A stretch of 64,000 nucleotides of DNA from Eledone cirrhosa (taxonomy: Eukaryota): positions 1,054,001 to 1,118,000 of the forward strand of contig OZ024750.1 of NCBI GenBank assembly GCA_964016885.1, written 5' to 3'. Shown piece by piece: positions 58,279 to 64,000 of the stretch (within the stretch, counting starts at the first letter, position 1; every line of letters starts with the position of its first letter). The notes beneath the pieces were generated by a model, which saw only the letters and a list, made by a program, of their open reading frames with translations, was not told the origin of the DNA and made no database searches. The position numbers and the translations under genes are program-made.

Positions 58279-59125
58279 TAATAGATGATAGGAATATAAT
58301 GTAGATATAAATATTAGAATATTTACCATATTTTCAAATGAGGTCAATAGTCCAAATAATAAGATTTAGATAAACATATCTCCCTGAAGACAAACTAATA
58401 TCGCCCTAAATAGGTTTATGAGTAATACACCAATGATGAGGAAATATAATTCTTTCTCTTAGTAAGAAGTAAATACAATTATTTCCATCATTTCTTTTTG
58501 TTTCAGAAGAAAGTTATTAATTTCTATCGATATTGGTGTTCTTTATGAAAGCTTACTTGTCGATTGACCTCAAGGAGGAGAAAACAGTCTAAAGAAAATT
58601 CTAGTAAAATATGTACAGAATATGTTCTGAAACAGTAAGAGAAGGTAAGCTTCCACTTAAAATGCTTTGTTCATTTAGAAAGGTAGGTGAGTAATAAATA
58701 ATACATATATTTGAAACATGAATAATTGATCAAGACTCCCTCAGTATATGCAATTCAGACACTAAGAACAGTCTTCTTACTACGATCACATTAACTGCTT
58801 AAAAATATTGCATATTTTTTACCATTCACACTAAAGATTAAATTATCTGAATACAGAGGCTTTCAAGATTATTGCCCATGTATTGTAATATATTTTGTGA
58901 CAGATGGATGTGAACGTATGATCAATATATTGAGGCTGGATAAAAGTCTGTAATCTGAAGAACCTAGTGAATATCTGCAGCAATTAATTCAAGGGAGTTT
59001 GTAGAATGTGAATAAAGTTCAGTTGATGTAAGAAACGGAAAGTCAAACATTTGGAAGTGTCGTTACTATTGTTCCTGTTTCCAAGTCCAACTTGTAGTTT
59101 TTCAAAGCACTCAAGCGTACAGACA

Positions 59126-59183
<58 letters not shown>

Positions 59184-59809
59184 ATAATAAATGTTGGTGG
59201 TTTGGTTCTTCGTTTCCTATATCTTGTGAAAAATTCGTGACCAAATCAAATTGTCTTTTAATGGTAAAAGTATCAGATATTTAGGTCATCAACAAAAAAG
59301 GCTGACGTTAGGTTTGCTATAATTTACTATATCCTACTAAGCTAAGTATGTAAATATACCATTTCCTTAATGCAACAACTGATAAAGAATATACAATAGT
59401 ATGGCCATCATATTCAAAGATTCCTATATATAACTTCATTTTATGTTTTGTTACTATTACACTTGTTTCAGAGAGAACCAAGTTGACAATGATTTTACAC
59501 AACAATTTAATGGCGGCGGATTATTCAGCAATGATTAATGACACTACCCATCTCCATACACTCTAAAAATACTGCCACAAAGCATCTGTTATAGAACCAC
59601 ATACTTGAGGATGTCTTTGTTTATAAGAAACTGTTTGATACAAGACCACTTAGCCTCTGTCATTTACCTTCTTTGCCACCGACCTCGTTCTTATACGAAC
59701 TATATATACACAAACGTCTGTACAATTTCTAAGTACTATTTTAATGGTAATTAAATGTATGCATCTAACTATGTCTGTATGAAGGTATATCTGTATGTAT
59801 ATCTGTATG

Positions 59810-59894
<85 letters not shown>

Positions 59895-60653
59895 CTGTGT
59901 GTGTGTGTATGCATATATATGTATGTATGTTTGTAAGTATGTATGTGTCTGTCTGTCTGCATATTTGTATGTATGTCTGTCTGTATATATATATATCTGT
60001 CTGTCTGTCTGTATATATGTATGTGTATGTATGTATGTATGTATGTATGTATGTATGTATGTATGTATGTATGTGTACGTATGTATGTATGTATGTGTAT
60101 GCATGTATGTATGTATGTATGTATGTATGTATGTATGTATGTATGTATGTATGTATGTATGTGTACGTATGTATGTGTACGTATGTATGTATGCAAGTAT
60201 GTATGCGTGTGTGTATGTATTGTTTTCCTCTTATTCTTTCGTTGTCTTTCTCTCCAAGGAAGAGCTTAAGAAACAAAGTATCTGAGATTCTGGCATTAAT
60301 TATGGATGGACGGATATATCTTTATATTGTTACTGCATGGCTACGGCTTTCACGTCTCTATATCTATATATGTAGATATGTAGATATTTATATATGTAGA
60401 TATGTAGATATGTAGATATATATATATCCTCTTTCTTCCTCTCTCCTCACTATTTTTTCTTTTCTTTCCCTCAAGGCCTTTTGATCGGTAAAAGGCCTTG
60501 GGCGCGCTTCTGATCGCTTTGATGTCCTGTTTTAAACGCTGAAACATCTATGATCTGCAGTTAACAGCTGACGAAGGGGTTCCTCTCTTGTTTCGTCCAT
60601 ATTACCATCTTAAACTTTGTTTACAGTAACCACACAGGTCGCTTCATTTCTTG

Positions 60654-60690
<37 letters not shown>

Positions 60691-61287
60691 CGTATATATA
60701 AAGCGTTGTGTATTTGTAGAGACGGGAATCAAAATCGTAACCGCTTGAAATAGAATTTATATTTGTTTGTCGAGGTTAGAGCTGAAGTGATCTGCCAGGG
60801 TAACTTATATATTACATGATAATGCTATAAAGTTTCTTTCATCTGCAATCTCAAGTTAAACCTATGGTTTAAGTACCAGCACTTGAATTTGCATTCACCT
60901 AGACCATAATTATGTACAGAAAGCGATGATGAGGTCAACAACACATCAAACATCAATGAGATTCCTGCTTCATCAGCTAATACTTTCCTCATGAATATCT
61001 AATGACAGCAACATGAAACTTTGAGTAACTGAATGGTGTATGTTGGAACAATAATCCAATACATCGAATGCTTACGTTGCCCCTTCTATCGTGTTGTATT
61101 CCGCGCTGTTCATATTATATCCATGTATGGAATAACAGTTAAAACTCACTGATATTATATTTATGCCAACTTTTGAGTCGTAACAAAGATTGATCTCAGC
61201 GCTGCAGTAAATATTTATACTCTACTTTCGTATTGTACATTTTTCATCATGTCTTTAAACCCAAACGCAAGCAGACATACATAATAC

Positions 61288-61347
<60 letters not shown>

Positions 61348-61623
61348 GGTGTTTGTGAATATGTTTCTGTGTGGATGTGAGGTATCTGCCGATACTTACA
61401 TACATATAATATCAAATGAAAATCTCTGATATATATAATATATGAAAACCTTCCCACTAGTGACTCTATATCTTTGTTCGGAGATAAATTCTGAATTCTG
61501 AGGAGAATCAATTATGTAAGAGATTAGTAAATAGATGAAGACAAAGATATCACTCTATATGTATGTGTGTGTGTATGAAGACAATTATTTATATATGAAC
61601 ACACACACATACCCCCCCCCCAC

Positions 61624-61656
<33 letters not shown>

Positions 61657-62002
61657 GTGAATGCCTGACTGTAGTGGATTGTTGAAACAGTGACGAGGAT
61701 TTGTAAGTCTGCTGATAGCAAGATATAAGATTAAAGAAAGGAACAATTTGGCGCAGTGGCTGCTATCAATGTTCTCTTCCAGTTGTGTTGCCAATAGGGT
61801 CCTTATCGCTTATGGTTGTACTTCTAAATTGGTTGTAGTAGTAGTGGTAGTAGTAGTATAGTAGAAGTAATAGTAGTAGTAGTTGTAGTTGTAGTAGTTG
61901 TAGTTGTAGTGTAGTAGTAGTAGTAGTAGTATAGTAGTAGTAGAAGTGGTAGTGGTAGTGGTAGTAGTAGTAGTATAGTAGTAGTAGTAGTAGAAGTCGT
62001 GA

Positions 62003-62044
<42 letters not shown>

Positions 62045-62111
62045 CAGCAGCAGTAGTATTTTCAAAAACGGAGATAGAGAGGAAAGGGAGAGAATGCGGG
62101 AGGAATAGTGA

Positions 62112-62185
<74 letters not shown>

Positions 62186-63703
62186 CAACTCCAGTACTGG
62201 TCTGATACTTTATATATCAACAGATATAAAAGTCCAAGTTGACCTCTACTTTGGTTTTAACTCGAACAACGCAGAGAACTAAAACAAATATTCGATGTTC
62301 TGACGACATTGTCACAATTTACCGTCCATATATTATATATTATTTATTTAATTTCAATTTCCATATATTATTTATTTAATTTCAATTCATACACTCACAG
62401 CTTGGTGGAGTTAGTGAGAAGAGGAAATTCATGATCTGCTTTATTTTATATGACTTCGTTCGTTGATAGTTGACTGTGTGTTCTGGAGAAGTTCATCGGC
62501 CTTTGACTTATCAAAGAACGTATACAGAAACTCCTATATAGATCTTTGGTTTTATATACCTTCTTGCTGACTCCCAGAATAACAACAAAGCTTTTCAAAT
62601 AAAATATAGAATATGAGAAATCTGCTATTATCACTGATTTGTATAGTTGGGTAATAATTTTATATCTTGTGATCGTTACTGGAAGAGACTCCTGAAATAA
62701 CTCCAGTCCAGTGTCTCTAAGTTATGTGTTAATAATCCGGTTGTATTGATTTCTCACATTAGCACAATGTCACCAGAGAGTTGATTAAATCGATCCCAAT
62801 ACGTGCCTAGCAATTACAATATTGAATCTGGAGGGATGAAAAGAAAATGTCGGCCACAGCAGGTTTTTGAACTTAGAAAATTAAGGAATATTTCTAAATA
62901 CTTTAAAGAATATAGTTTCTACAATACTCCATTTCTACACTATCTTATGTAGCCCTCACTCTATCTCAAGTATCGGTTGCTTCACACACCTGCGGATATC
63001 TCAACACAAATATTTATAGCAGAAGAGGATTCAGTGCTTTATCATTGTTAGACTAAAGGCGTTTTACATTAACTTATTGTATTTCCATCACTTTTTTTCA
63101 TCACATAAAGTATTAAAATCAAATTTGCCAGCTTTAGAATCTGGAGGAGAAGACTTTATCGTTGATAAAATAAAACAATATTCTTCTAGGAAAACAGTTA
63201 TTATTAGAAAAATTAATTAAGTTAAGGAAAGTGTCAGTATATTTATCTTGACAACTAAGTTTACCATGTTAACCTATTTATTGTAGTAAAATACTGATTG
63301 ACGTAAGTCTATTTCTAAACATGGATAGAAATGAAGTTTAGATTCAAAACAAAGTCAATTATTGGCAGTACGTTATTGCTTGGAAGTTTTTTCTGCTGGA
63401 AATATTTTGTTTTTCTGCAAGATTATAGAAAATAAGAGAAAGAGAAAGTATTTGGTGCGGTAGTGGGGAAGATAATAGGATCAATTAGTGGAGATACAAC
63501 TAAGACTAATTAAAATACTTGTTGAAGACTTTCTAATGAAGGAAAACAAATTTAGACTGATTAAAGTATATGAGAGATATTTTGTCGGTTATAAAGTCTT
63601 ACGGAGAGGATTTATAAGCAAAACATCGATGTGAAGAGATTTATTACTGAATTTAATTTACATTATAAAAATTCATTGATTTATAGTTGTTATTATTATT
63701 ATT

Positions 63704-63840
63704 GATTGGCAGTATCGGTAGAGAGTCGGATAACATGATTTGTGGCATAGAGTTACGTCCATTTACGTTTTGAGTTCAAATCGCAGGACCGATAAAATAA
63801 AGTACCAGTAACGCACTGGGGTCGATTAAATCGACCCCCC
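63704..63840 (+). mobile_element. SINE family A (long variant, partial)
   Basis: gattggcagtatcggtagagagtcgg...gagttcaaat...gataaaataaagtaccagtaacgcactggggtcgattaaatcgac. Confidence 0.85.
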
Positions 63841-64000
63841 TAACCCTTAGATGTTAAACGATCTCAATATTTCATTTAGGGATCAGACAACAACAATGTC
63901 TTCTTTCCTGTGTCTTACACAGACAAGACTTTCCTTAAAAGACTAGCATGGAGCGAAGTATTGAACCCAATGACGTGTGGATGTATTTAGTGTGTGTGTA

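Overview
AT-rich, microsatellite-saturated eukaryotic DNA with a 200-N scaffold gap at 51134-51333. The repeat landscape resembles an octopod cephalopod genome (inference). Almost all ORFs in the supplied track are microsatellite artefacts (poly-YI, HT, CV, SL). Only one credible host coding exon was found: a first exon on the minus strand at 41540-41760, with a Kozak ATG and an AG|GTAGG donor; its product is unknown. The rest is repeat-derived: more than 13 copies of a tRNA-derived SINE, a mariner-type MITE family, two hAT MITEs, a decayed hAT transposase, fragments of RTE, R4/Dong-like and CRE-like retrotransposons, and several minisatellites. The most striking signal is a set of short inserts in or beside (TA)n tracts that fold into type I hammerhead ribozymes from several unrelated families. 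Cores are intact at 10402-10440 and 48210-48270. These inserts are often arranged as fold-back palindromes, which places a ribozyme copy on both strands; they are probably Penelope-like-element or retrozyme remnants. A second highlight is an inverted pair of about 570-bp non-autonomous RTE derivatives, each retaining a Kozak-initiated 35-aa C2H2 zinc-finger micro-ORF. All folds and translations were done by eye.
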